Shown one piece after another: positions 1 through 7,848 of a stretch of 18,423 nucleotides of DNA. Below the pieces are notes generated by a model, which saw only the letters and a program-made list of their open reading frames with translations, had not been told where the DNA came from and did no database searches. The translations under genes were made by a program, and so were the position numbers. The stretch lies in IMG/VR virus record IMGVR_UViG_2879770953_000006; one strand, given 5' to 3'. The DNA is from a virus (Duplodnaviria > Heunggongvirae > Uroviricota > Caudoviricetes). The first letter of the stretch is position 1, and each line of letters starts with the position of its first letter.

Positions 1-302
1 GAGCCGCAGAGGGGAAGTTGCGTCCATTTTGAGGGAAACGGAGCAAAAAACCGCCATTCATACCCTGAATCAATCAGAGCCATCCAGTTTAATCGTCGGT
101 TCCGTTCATATGGAGCAAAAGTGGTGTTGAAGAAACATCCGTTTTGTGGTGTTTTTTTAATCTTTTTGGGGTTTTAATTCCTATCGATGAACTGGTGGCG
201 AACTGTGCAGGGTTGGCGTAACCGGGTACGGAAACCGGCGAGCCTTTCGGCTCCCCCACACAGCCCGCCATAAATCGCGAATGTGACTGTGCAAACGATA
301 TG

Positions 303-323
303 AAAAAAGACGCGGGCGCGTCT
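303..323 (-). terminator. Rho-independent terminator (tR'-like) downstream of segment-A Q
   Basis: On the minus strand a GC-rich hairpin (AGACGCG / CGCGTCT, 308-323) is followed by a T6 run (rc of A6 at 303-308). Lies about 90 nt downstream of the Q stop. Confidence 0.55.
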
Positions 324-385
324 CATATCGCTCCGTAAACATCCGGGACGCCAATCCCGACGCCAGATTTTGCTGGCGCGTGAGG

Positions 386-415
386 AATATAGCCCCGGAT
401 AACAAATTGAGTCAA
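386..415 (-). promoter_or_regulatory. Putative late promoter (PR'-like) overlapping the Q stop codon
   Basis: Minus strand reads TTGACT (rc of 410-415), 18-nt spacer, TATATT (rc of 386-391). Position immediately after Q mirrors lambda PR'; the short distance to the terminator at 303-323 suggests a small 6S-like RNA. Confidence 0.4.
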
Positions 416-966
416 CAAACGGTTTTTAGATCCCCGGAAGAGAATGCATCACGCATCGGTAGATAGAGCATATATTCAGCAAGATTTAGCCATACATCTA
501 CCCGACTGCAGCACGTCCGGAAACACCACTCAGGGTGTGCGTCATTCAGCAATTCAGCCATTTTACGCTTAGTCATCCCCCGCCCTTCATACCGTTGCCG
601 GAGGACACTAATCAATCCAGGATGCTCTGCCAGCACCTCACTTATGACTCTATCAATACATAACGCCTCTGCATCAGTACAATGCGCCAGCCAGGTCTTT
701 TGCTTGCCATTGATCATCTCTCGCAAAAACGCTTCCAGCTCAGGTTTCTCTATTCCCGCTTTTTTCATCCTGCGCAGGGCTTCATTGACGGCTGTTTTCG
801 TCAATTTTTTGGATGCCAGCAACTGGTTAAACATATTTCCCGTCTTACCGCCGCCAATATACGACCAGCGCCCCCACATGCGCAGTTTTCCCTGAATCCA
901 GACACTTTCCAGCGTGGTGAGACGAAGGTGTTCCCCGCTTTTGCCTGTATTTGTTGGGTAAATCAT
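412..966 (-). CDS. Putative antitermination protein Q, 82/QuuD-type (184 aa)
   Basis: ORF-track ORF 412..1086; preferred start is the ATG at 966, which overlaps the upstream gene stop (ATGA) and has SD AAGGAAGG 7 nt upstream. WGRW...GGGK motif resembles QuuD-type Q proteins by recollection. Last gene of the nin block, followed by promoter and terminator. Confidence 0.55.
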   Translation of the reverse strand: MIYPTNTGKSGEHLRLTTLESVWIQGKLRMWGRWSYIGGGKTGNMFNQLLASKKLTKTAVNEALRRMKKAGIEKPELEAFLREMINGKQKTWLAHCTDAEALCIDRVISEVLAEHPGLISVLRQRYEGRGMTKRKMAELLNDAHPEWCFRTCCSRVDVWLNLAEYMLYLPMRDAFSSGDLKTVC

Positions 967-1253
967 AAATAACCTTCCTTTCTCCAGATTTCTTGTGTGC
1001 GAAAAACACCTTCTGCATGCATCAGGCGTAATTCTTCTTTGGTGTAATCGCTGGTTTTTACCCGCCCGTCGATTAAATCGTGGCATGAGCTACAGGCAAT
1101 CGCTGCCTGCATATCGTGTGGTTTTGTCGCTGTTCCGCACGTCCCCGCCAGCCTGTAATGCGCCAGCACAGAAGTTTCGGGATTGTGATTGCAGTAGCCA
1201 GGAATTCTGACGGTGCACATCTGCCCCCGCGCCGCTTTACGTAAATCCACCAT
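963..1253 (-). CDS. YbcO-like nin-region protein (DUF1364-type putative nuclease), 96 aa
   Basis: Translation MVDLRKAARGQMCTVRIPGYCNHNPETSVLAHYRLAGTCGTATKPHD...SSCHDLIDGR closely matches my recollection of E. coli DLP12 YbcO. TAATG stop/start overlap with the upstream gene. Confidence 0.75.
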   Translation of the reverse strand: MVDLRKAARGQMCTVRIPGYCNHNPETSVLAHYRLAGTCGTATKPHDMQAAIACSSCHDLIDGRVKTSDYTKEELRLMHAEGVFRTQEIWRKEGYL

Positions 1254-1852
1254 TACGCAAACTCCAGTAACTGCGCGGCCACATTTTCGACTTCCTCCGG
1301 AGAGGAAAATTTACGGAACAGGATCCAGTTCCACAGCACATTCAGTACAGATTTATAAACCTGCTGAAACTCGGTTTCGTCCATGTTCGCAAATGCGATA
1401 GATTTTGCCCTGCGCCCACGACTACCATCAGGATAAATATGCTCGGTGTAAAATCCGGCCTGAATGGTTACCCACTCGCGGAAAGCGTCAAACGACTTTA
1501 GCAATGCCGTATCCCGGGTTCTGCATGTCGCAACTGTATTAAGGTATTGCTCTGCGGCATCACTCAGGGCTGGAGTGTGTTCCCGACCTACTGATTCGCA
1601 CAGGTAATCAACGAAGCCTGATACCAGTTTTCGTTCGCGAGGCGTGATCGCCCCACCGACCGGAGTCCAGTAATCAAATCCCAGTTGCAGGAGTTTGAAA
1701 AAACGCTTGTGGAATGCGTAGTTACGCACACGCTTAAAGTCTGCGTGTATCCACTCACCTATTTTGATTTGATGCAAAAAATCGCAACTCTCCGGCGTCG
1801 CCGGGAGAAGTAATCCGGAAGAGGTTTGTTTGACCAGTTGTATATGCGCCAT
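1253..1852 (-). CDS. Conserved lambdoid nin-region protein (DUF1367-like by recollection), 199 aa
   Basis: ATG at 1850-1852 with SD GGAGAA upstream; translationally coupled to the YbcO-like gene; synteny with nin-region genes upstream of Q. Confidence 0.65.
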   Translation of the reverse strand: MAHIQLVKQTSSGLLLPATPESCDFLHQIKIGEWIHADFKRVRNYAFHKRFFKLLQLGFDYWTPVGGAITPRERKLVSGFVDYLCESVGREHTPALSDAAEQYLNTVATCRTRDTALLKSFDAFREWVTIQAGFYTEHIYPDGSRGRRAKSIAFANMDETEFQQVYKSVLNVLWNWILFRKFSSPEEVENVAAQLLEFA

Positions 1853-1985
1853 CGTAGTTCTCCGCTGGCGCAGTAGAATGGGTGTTCAGCCCGTTATGTA
1901 GTATACCAGAATTAATGCCAATACTAACAGGGTAATGCTGCCAACTTACTGATTTAGTGTATGATGGTGATTTTAAGGTGCTTGC

Positions 1986-2261
1986 GTGGCTTCCATTTCC
2001 ATCAGATGTCCTTCCTGCTCCGCTACTGAAGGCGTGGTGCGTAACGGCAAAAGCACTGCCGGACATCAGCGCTATCTCTGCTCTCATTGCCGTAAAACAT
2101 GGCAACTACAGTTCACTTACACCGCCTCTCAGCCCGGTACGCACCAGAAAATCATTGATATGGCCATGAATGGCGTCGGATGTCGCGCCAGCGCACGCAT
2201 TATGGGCGTTGGCCTCAACACGGTTTTACGTCACTTAAAAAACTCAGGCCGCAGTCGGTAA
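1986..2261 (+). CDS. insA: IS1 InsA
   Basis: Translation [66 protein letters not shown]... is near-identical to IS1 InsA. Confidence 0.95.
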   Translation: MASISIRCPSCSATEGVVRNGKSTAGHQRYLCSHCRKTWQLQFTYTASQPGTHQKIIDMAMNGVGCRASARIMGVGLNTVLRHLKNSGRSR

Positions 2262-2683
2262 CCTCGCGCATACAACCGGGCAGTGATGTGATTGTCTGCG
2301 CTGAAATGGACGAACATTGGGGCTACGTCGGTGCTAAATCACGTCAGCGCTGGCTGTTTTACGCGTATGACAGGATACGGAGGACGGTTGTGACGCACGT
2401 CTTCGGTGAACGCACTCTGGCCACACTGGAGCGTCTTCTGAGCCTGCTGTCGGCCTTTGAGGTCGTGGTATGGATGACGGATGGCTGGCCGCTGTATGAA
2501 TCACGCCTGAAGGGAAAGCTGCACGTTATCAGCAAGCGTTACACTCAGCGCATTGAGCGACATAATCTGAATCTGAGACAACATCTGGCAAGGCTGGGAC
2601 GGAAGTCACTGTCGTTCTCAAAATCGGTGGAGCTGCATGACAAGGTCATCGGGCATTATCTGAACATAAAACACTATCAGTAA
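2180..2683 (+). CDS. insB: IS1 InsB reading frame (expressed as InsAB' by -1 frameshift)
   Basis: Translation ...[50 protein letters not shown]... matches IS1 InsB. Coordinates are the ORF-track frame. Confidence 0.9.
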   Translation: MSRQRTHYGRWPQHGFTSLKKLRPQSVTSRIQPGSDVIVCAEMDEHWGYVGAKSRQRWLFYAYDRIRRTVVTHVFGERTLATLERLLSLLSAFEVVVWMTDGWPLYESRLKGKLHVISKRYTQRIERHNLNLRQHLARLGRKSLSFSKSVELHDKVIGHYLNIKHYQ

Positions 2684-2700
2684 GTTGGAGTCATTACCTA

Positions 2701-2952
2701 CTAACAGGATGCTCTGACTCGCAATTCATCCAGCAGTTTATCATTTCCCATAATGTCACTTACCCTCATCGGTAAAAAAATTGCCTTTCGACCATTACGA
2801 TACATTATTGATTTTGGGGTTTCAGGGAAGTAATCCATTTCGACTATAACTGACAGGTCATCACGACGTATGACTGCGTATTTGCTACTAAATAGTTTCT
2901 TTATTTTTTCCACGATGCCTCCAGGTTTATAAGTACAAACGGTTATATCCAC
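2701..2952 (-). CDS. Hypothetical small protein (83 aa), weak start
   Basis: ORF between the hok locus and the nin genes. First codon is GTG with no obvious SD. The stop TAG lies inside the IS1 target-site duplication, so IS1 inserted just 3' of this ORF. Confidence 0.35.
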   Translation of the reverse strand: MDITVCTYKPGGIVEKIKKLFSSKYAVIRRDDLSVIVEMDYFPETPKSIMYRNGRKAIFLPMRVSDIMGNDKLLDELRVRASC

Positions 2953-3099
2953 ATAGAGACAAAAATATTAATCTGAAAAATATTTATTTCACGCCGTATA
3001 TTTGATTGTTTAATGTGCAAGTACAATGACTTTTATTTTTTGTTGTGTATATAATCAAATATATGGTTATTTTTCACCCTGCGTATTCAGCACGCAACA

Positions 3100-3122
3100 A
3101 AAAACCCGCCGAAGCGGGTTTA
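3100..3122 (-). terminator. Rho-independent terminator at 3' end of hok transcript (copy 1)
   Basis: Minus strand: CCCGC-TTCG-GCGGG hairpin followed by T-run (rc of AAAAAACCCGCCGAAGCGGGTTT). Confidence 0.7.
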
Positions 3123-3188
3123 GTGCGGGTGCGTTGAGGATGCCTGACACATGAGAGGTGGCGAGGGATTTCTCCCCCGCCTGGTCTC

Positions 3189-3344
3189 TTACTCCTCAGG
3201 TTCGTAAGCTGTGAAGACAGCGACCTCCGTCTGGCCGGTTCGGATTCGTACCTCGCAGAGGTCTTTCCTCGTTACCAGTGCCGTCACTATGACGGTTAAA
3301 CAGATGACGATCAGGGCGATTAACATCGCCTTTTGCTGCTTCAT
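3189..3344 (-). CDS. hok: Hok-family type I toxin (51 aa), copy 1
   Basis: Translation MKQQKAMLIALIVICLTVIVTALVTRKDLCEVRIRTGQTEVAVFTAYEPEE matches HokD/RelF. ATG at 3342-3344 with SD AAGGAG. CDS is 100% identical in nucleotides to the copy at 16525-16680. Confidence 0.9.
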   Translation of the reverse strand: MKQQKAMLIALIVICLTVIVTALVTRKDLCEVRIRTGQTEVAVFTAYEPEE

Positions 3345-3401
3345 AGCCTGCTTCTCCTTGCCTTTCGGCACGTAAGAGGCTAACCTACATTTGTGAGACA
3401 T
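3189..3401 (-). CDS. mok: Mok-like in-frame upstream extension of hok (70 aa ORF)
   Basis: An ATG at 3399-3401 opens the same frame 19 codons upstream of hok (MSHKCRLASYVPKGKEKQA-MKQQ...), as in chromosomal mok/hok pairs. Absent from the second hok copy. Confidence 0.45.
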   Translation of the reverse strand: MSHKCRLASYVPKGKEKQAMKQQKAMLIALIVICLTVIVTALVTRKDLCEVRIRTGQTEVAVFTAYEPEE

Positions 3402-3682
3402 AGATTGGGCCTCAGATTAATGTTAAGCGTCTTGCAGGACGCGTAATGTTAACTGGGGCTTTTCTCTGTCTGCCTTACAGTGGCATGCCCGAGGCAGACA
3501 GCCTCAAGCACCCGCAGCAATCTTACCGATACCGATAAGAAAACGCTATTTTTTATTGCCAGCACCTTCTATCCAGGCTAATTTATCTGCGTCAGAACGG
3601 CGCAATGCGCTCGCCTGAGATACGTTTACTTGCCATGGTAACAACAGGTAACGGCAATTGCTGTTTCTGTTTTGTTTCCTTC

Positions 3683-3713
3683 AAAAACCCCGGACCATCA
3701 ATCCGGGGTTTTT
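3683..3713. terminator. Bidirectional intrinsic terminator
   Basis: AAAAA-CCCCGGA-CCATCAA-TCCGGGG-TTTTT: 7-bp GC-rich stem flanked by an A-run and a T-run, immediately after the 27-aa ORF. Confidence 0.7.
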
Positions 3714-3718
3714 GTTTG

Positions 3719-3802
3719 TTAACCCCAACGGCAAATCGAATACACCACCAGCGCCACCGCCATCGCAATTCCTACCGTGGTGAATGCCTCAGGCCAGGTC
3801 AT
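3719..3802 (-). CDS. Small hydrophobic peptide (27 aa, MTWPEAFTTVGIAMAVALVVYSICRWG)
   Basis: Not in the ORF track because it is under 60 aa. ATG overlaps the stop of the upstream gene (ATGA at 3799-3802), SD GGAGGTGA upstream, single predicted TM helix, terminator directly downstream. Confidence 0.4.
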   Translation of the reverse strand: MTWPEAFTTVGIAMAVALVVYSICRWG

Positions 3803-4164
3803 TGATTCACCTCCTGCGGTGGTTCCGGTAGCGGCATCCAGTGAGTTGAGCTCTCTACTTCAACGCCGTCTTTGTCCACAAAAGCCATCTTATTCCCGCC
3901 ACGAGTGGGGCAAAAAACCTTATCCCAGGAACCGGGGAATACATTCCCGAGATCATCGAGAAGAATCACATCGCAATATTCAGCAGGAACTGCATCACTA
4001 CAGCTTATCCAGCCAGCCAGAGTTACCGGAGAGTTGCCAGCCTTACGCATGGCCATTTCCACGATTTCAACCATATCTCCTGGTGGAATTTTACAAAGTT
4101 GCCCAATACATTTCTGCTGCCTGGCATATTCGAGAATGTGCTCCAGTTTGGTTCGATTAATCAT
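3799..4164 (-). CDS. Hypothetical phage protein (121 aa), possibly DUF551-type
   Basis: TAATG stop/start overlap with the upstream gene. C-terminal HWMPLPEPP motif recalls DUF551 phage proteins; this is recollection only. Confidence 0.55.
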   Translation of the reverse strand: MINRTKLEHILEYARQQKCIGQLCKIPPGDMVEIVEMAMRKAGNSPVTLAGWISCSDAVPAEYCDVILLDDLGNVFPGSWDKVFCPTRGGNKMAFVDKDGVEVESSTHWMPLPEPPQEVNQ

Positions 4165-4829
4165 TATTTATCTCCCTTAAGCATGGCAGCGCGGCAGGCG
4201 TTCCAGCCATCAACATAATCAAACGTATTACTATCGTTTGGCCCGATTTCATCCGGCACTATCGGCTCTGGTTGGATAGTGACGTTGGCAAAGGCAGCAC
4301 GCAAACCGGTTTTAATTTCTTCGATTTCACCAGAGCCAAGCGATGAATCTGACAGTGCGTGATGGAATGCGTAAGCCATGTCGTCGTTTACTGCAACCGG
4401 CACTGCCGGCGCTGCGTAAAGCGGTGTTATATCTGCCCGAAAATCACATGCTTTATGCAGTCGTACCCAACGCTCAACTTCCGCTTTGTCAAAATATATA
4501 GCAGTGAACGTATTAGATTCCTGGTCAACTTGAGTAAACGTCACCTTCCACGCTACAGCTACGGCTTTCCATCCATCAGGTTGTCGCATTCGCGGGGCAG
4601 CATAAAGCTCATGCATTCCATCAGGCAGCGAGTGACCCACATACTCACCGAACCCGTCAATACACATGCCCCCATCTTCAACAATGCATTCCGCTACAGG
4701 CTCTGCTTCCAGTGATGCCAGAGCGATAAGCGCCAGTTCACGAATTTCACCGCCGTCTATATCGTCAATATCATCGCGGCCAGAAATGTTAGCCAGCCAT
4801 TGCAGTCGCTCTTTGGTAATAGTGGCCAT
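4164..4829 (-). CDS. Hypothetical acidic phage protein (221 aa) with repeated LYAAP motif
   Basis: ATG at 4827-4829 with SD AAGGGG. Overlaps the 3' end of the HNH gene by 73 nt in another frame. No recognisable catalytic motif. Confidence 0.55.
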   Translation of the reverse strand: MATITKERLQWLANISGRDDIDDIDGGEIRELALIALASLEAEPVAECIVEDGGMCIDGFGEYVGHSLPDGMHELYAAPRMRQPDGWKAVAVAWKVTFTQVDQESNTFTAIYFDKAEVERWVRLHKACDFRADITPLYAAPAVPVAVNDDMAYAFHHALSDSSLGSGEIEEIKTGLRAAFANVTIQPEPIVPDEIGPNDSNTFDYVDGWNACRAAMLKGDK

Positions 4830-5191
4830 GCCGTAGCCCCTTCTTGATATTTTTCAAACCAGAACACAACCGGGTCAGATTTCATTTCAACCAATCCCAT
4901 ACGAACCAGCGCTTTGCCTTTCCCGGACGCAAGGAATTCACGACGACCATCACTGATAATTCGTCGATAATCTTCTAGGCTACTGCAATGCTTGTGCAGA
5001 TTGCATGGGTGGCATTCTGGTACCATGTTGGATATATCGTCACGTTCCTGGTGAAGCATATTTCCATCAAAACGAATGACCGGTTTTACATGGTCTGCAT
5101 GCCACTTTTCGCCAAGTTCGCAGCCGCAATAAGCGCAGCGACCACCGAACTTCATGCGCAGTTCTGCACGTTGTTTTTTCGTCAGTGCCAT
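4757..5191 (-). CDS. HNH endonuclease (144 aa)
   Basis: ORF-track ORF 4757..5281 begins with TTG; the preferred ATG at 5189-5191 has SD AAGGAAAG. Motifs CAYCGCEL...WHADHVKPV...CHPCNLHK are typical of HNH nucleases. Confidence 0.75.
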   Translation of the reverse strand: MALTKKQRAELRMKFGGRCAYCGCELGEKWHADHVKPVIRFDGNMLHQERDDISNMVPECHPCNLHKHCSSLEDYRRIISDGRREFLASGKGKALVRMGLVEMKSDPVVFWFEKYQEGATAWPLLPKSDCNGWLTFLAAMILTI

Positions 5192-5192
5192 A

Positions 5193-5411
5193 TCAGCTTT
5201 CCTTATACGGATTAATTTTATTGTGCAGTGTGTTGAATGACGCCCATACCACGTCGTTATACAATTCAATAACTGGCTCAATTATTTTTCCGATTATCCA
5301 GACAAAAATTAGCGGGGATATCGGTGTCATCAACACGATAAACAGAATGAGAAACAGGAATTCTGTTGTTCTACTCTTTCGCGGATATTTTTTTCTAAAT
5401 AATGTAACCAT
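5193..5411 (-). CDS. Small membrane protein (72 aa), AT-rich
   Basis: Basic N-terminus (KKYPRKSR) followed by a roughly 28-residue hydrophobic stretch. Its last codons form the SD of the downstream HNH gene (stop TGA, 1-nt spacer, ATG). Base composition is markedly more AT-rich than neighbours. Confidence 0.5.
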   Translation of the reverse strand: MVTLFRKKYPRKSRTTEFLFLILFIVLMTPISPLIFVWIIGKIIEPVIELYNDVVWASFNTLHNKINPYKES

Positions 5412-5503
5412 TCATTACCGCCCTTTCGGGCGGTCTCCTGATGATTTGAGGGTGCAGAAATCCCTCCGGTTAAGGATTAAATTTTTAACAGTGCTAAATT
5501 TAA

Positions 5504-5860
5504 TTATTCAGTTCTGGATTTTGTCGCCCTGCGTATCCGCGCTTTCGCGTTACGCTCAATCTGTATCAGCTTTTCTATATTTCTCCGCCTTTCCTGTTCC
5601 TCCTGGCGCAATAGCCTTACATCATCTGCCAGTCTGGTTTCTCTTTTTGCCACAGAGAGCATCCAGTCAAACGGCTCCACAACCGCACCGCAGATTTTAC
5701 AGCGGACCTGACGCTCTTTTTCGTCAACCCGGACAGAGGCGTGATGGCAATATGGTCTTTCCGATGGTTCATAAAGAAAATTAACCTGATTACGTGGGTC
5801 ATCCTCTTTTACCGGAAATAAAACGATATTGCTTAACTCATCTTCTGGTTTTATTTCCAT
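5504..5860 (-). CDS. Hypothetical Zn-ribbon protein with basic coiled-coil C-terminus (118 aa)
   Basis: Strong SD AAGGAGAGGAG upstream of the ATG at 5858-5860. CHH...CKIC motif, then a Q/E/R-rich C-terminal segment. Confidence 0.6.
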   Translation of the reverse strand: MEIKPEDELSNIVLFPVKEDDPRNQVNFLYEPSERPYCHHASVRVDEKERQVRCKICGAVVEPFDWMLSVAKRETRLADDVRLLRQEEQERRRNIEKLIQIERNAKARIRRATKSRTE

Positions 5861-5917
5861 GCTCCTCTCCTTTGATGCGAATACCAGCGGTAATTGAAGC
5901 CTGATAGCTAATTTTAC

Positions 5918-6340
5918 TCACAGTACCGCCTCCTGAAATTTCCCCTGATAAAACGCCAGCACGCGCTGCATAGCTTCGCTCTTCCGGCACTCGCGACAGA
6001 TTATATTCAGGCGCCTGTCGTAGCGGCGTATTTCTCCGTCTGGTAATGACCAGATAAGGTCAGGATCAACCACAACCGGTTTCTTCACCTTTACCCTCGA
6101 TAGCTTTTTGCGGGCGTTTTGCCAGTCTTTATGAGCCTGTTCAGAGGGAAATACCCCGTAGCCAGAATTATATACATCACCACTTGCGACCAGTTCCATG
6201 CATAAGCGACCGACAGACGCACGACTGATACCTGTTTCATCTGACAACTGCCGAATCGTGACCCGACCGTCCTGATGCACGAGTTCCACAATTCGCGTCT
6301 TCAGTTCTTCCCGCTGTTCGGGAGTAAAAGGTTTCGCCAT
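5918..6340 (-). CDS. Putative winged-helix DNA-binding protein (140 aa)
   Basis: SD AGGAGG 7 nt upstream of the ATG. N-terminal HTH-like segment (VTIRQLSDETGISRASVGRLCMELVASGDV) and C-terminal CxxC. Confidence 0.6.
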   Translation of the reverse strand: MAKPFTPEQREELKTRIVELVHQDGRVTIRQLSDETGISRASVGRLCMELVASGDVYNSGYGVFPSEQAHKDWQNARKKLSRVKVKKPVVVDPDLIWSLPDGEIRRYDRRLNIICRECRKSEAMQRVLAFYQGKFQEAVL

Positions 6341-6354
6341 AAATCCTCCTGAAA

Positions 6355-7101
6355 CTACTTAACAACCCTCGAATGGCTAACATTCGGACGCCAGCTCTCC
6401 CAGTTAAAATTCACCCAGCGCCCGCCGTTCATGACCATGCGATCCATCACCCGCTCGCCGAGAAGTGTATTCATCGCTGCATGGTTAATATTTGTCAGCA
6501 TCCCCACACCGCGTAACGATGCCGTCCGGCGATCAACAATCTGGTTCAGTACCACCTGCTCGTTTTTCGTATCCCGCTGCATGCCAATTTCATCCAGGAC
6601 CAGCAGGTCAACACCACAAAGCTCCTGTAAAAATTTTTCACCGGATTTGCCGTTGTCGTAGCTCTCATGCAACACGCTCATGACATCGGACACGGTGACG
6701 ATAATCACGCTACGCCCCTTCGCCATCAGCCGGTTGCCAATCGCGGCTGCAAGATGATTTTTTCCGGTGCCGGGCTTACCGCTGAACACAAAATTCGTAC
6801 AGCCTGTCATCAGTTCGTCAGCTATGGATTTCGCCTGACTCAGTGCATGTCGCTGACCGTCGTTCTGCGCCCGGTAATTCGCAAACGAACACTTCCGGTG
6901 CAACGGCTGGATGCCGGAGCGGTTCAGGATTTTTTCCACCCGCAACTGACGATTCAGGCGGTTGATCTCCTCGCAACGTTTCTGGCCTTCAGCAAGTTGC
7001 CACTCGCGCCACTCCGCAACCGTTCTGAATGGGGCGGTTACATGTGGTGGGGTCAGTCTGCGGATACGCTCCAGAACGCCTCCTGTCGCAATATTTTTCA
7101 T
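6355..7101 (-). CDS. DnaC-like replication protein / helicase loader (IstB-like AAA+ ATPase, YdaV-like), 248 aa
   Basis: Walker A FSGKPGTGKNHLAAAIG and Walker B LLVLDEIG; immediately downstream of the initiator-like gene. Confidence 0.85.
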   Translation of the reverse strand: MKNIATGGVLERIRRLTPPHVTAPFRTVAEWREWQLAEGQKRCEEINRLNRQLRVEKILNRSGIQPLHRKCSFANYRAQNDGQRHALSQAKSIADELMTGCTNFVFSGKPGTGKNHLAAAIGNRLMAKGRSVIIVTVSDVMSVLHESYDNGKSGEKFLQELCGVDLLVLDEIGMQRDTKNEQVVLNQIVDRRTASLRGVGMLTNINHAAMNTLLGERVMDRMVMNGGRWVNFNWESWRPNVSHSRVVK

Positions 7102-7107
7102 GGTCTG

Positions 7108-7848
7108 TTACCCCCTGAAGCCTGGCGGGATCGCACTGTCCGGCAACGAGACGGTGTTAACCTGTCGGAGCAACGTCTCAGGCCGAACACCTTTCGGCGC
7201 GAACAGACCCTGGTATTCATTGGCGATGCTGTGTCGAATCACCTGCTCAGGTGTAAAACCCTGCTGACGGAATTTTTCCAGTTCCCGTATCGCCCCGTTA
7301 GCGCCCAGCTCCGTTCGAATCGGTTTTCGCAATGCCTGCCTGAACTGGACCCACTCATGCCAGAGTGTATCTGGCAACCAGTCGGGCAGATCAACTGACA
7401 ACGGGTCAAATTTTTTCTGGCGAACAGCCCCACCGATAACCAGAATTCCCTGCTCGGTGTGCCTTGCGATATCACTGCGCCGCAAGACACATATCCCGGT
7501 TTCAACAGCACCGATTTTGAGCAGTGATTTCTGTCGCGGAGAATTTCGGTCAAGCTCGATCCCACACCGGACACCGTTCCTGTCAGTCACGACGATATCA
7601 ATCCGCCCTCCGCAACCGTCACCACGCTCTGGCACCGGATACTCACGACAGACATCCAGGCCAGCAGCCTGCAACGCAACCACCGCAGAATTACAAAATT
7701 CCGCTGCAGTACCGCCAGATAATCTCCCCTCAAGCACTCCAGCCACAAAATCCCGAAACTCCCTTCCGGAAGGGAAGGGTTTGGGATGGGTTAGATCTGT
7801 TTTTAGATCTTTATCTGTATCTTTATTAGTTGCCTTTGTGTTGGCATC
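7108..7848 (-). pseudogene. Replication initiator (lambda O-like / YdaU-like), C-terminal portion, separated from its 5' part by IS2
   Basis: Open frame from the IS2 junction to the stop at 7108. It is in frame with the N-terminal piece at 9185-9592 once IS2 and one TSD copy are removed, giving a 382-codon gene. Confidence 0.7.

Larger units (their letters stand above)
1931..2698 (+). mobile_element. IS1 (768 bp), complete
   Basis: Terminal inverted repeats GGTAATGCTGCCAACTTACTGAT (1931-) and ...ATCAGTAAGTTGGAGTCATTACC (-2698). Encodes InsA and InsB. Perfect 9-bp target-site duplication TACTAACAG at 1922-1930 and 2699-2707. Confidence 0.95.

Noticed and set aside
89-405. Minus-strand ORFs 89..271 (60 aa) and 181..405 (74 aa), plus a possible partial ORF starting at the ATG at 55-57 (minus strand) and running off the window
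   Set aside because: They overlap the predicted late promoter, terminator and structured leader. There is no convincing SD for the listed ORFs and the composition does not look coding. The partial ORF cannot be judged from 19 codons.
644-1210. Plus-strand ORFs 644..895, 682..972 and 995..1210
   Set aside because: Antisense to the well-supported Q and YbcO-like genes; typical shadow ORFs.
1755-2105. Minus-strand ORF 1755..2105 (116 aa)
   Set aside because: Reads across the IS1 terminal inverted repeat antisense to insA; an artefact of the insertion.
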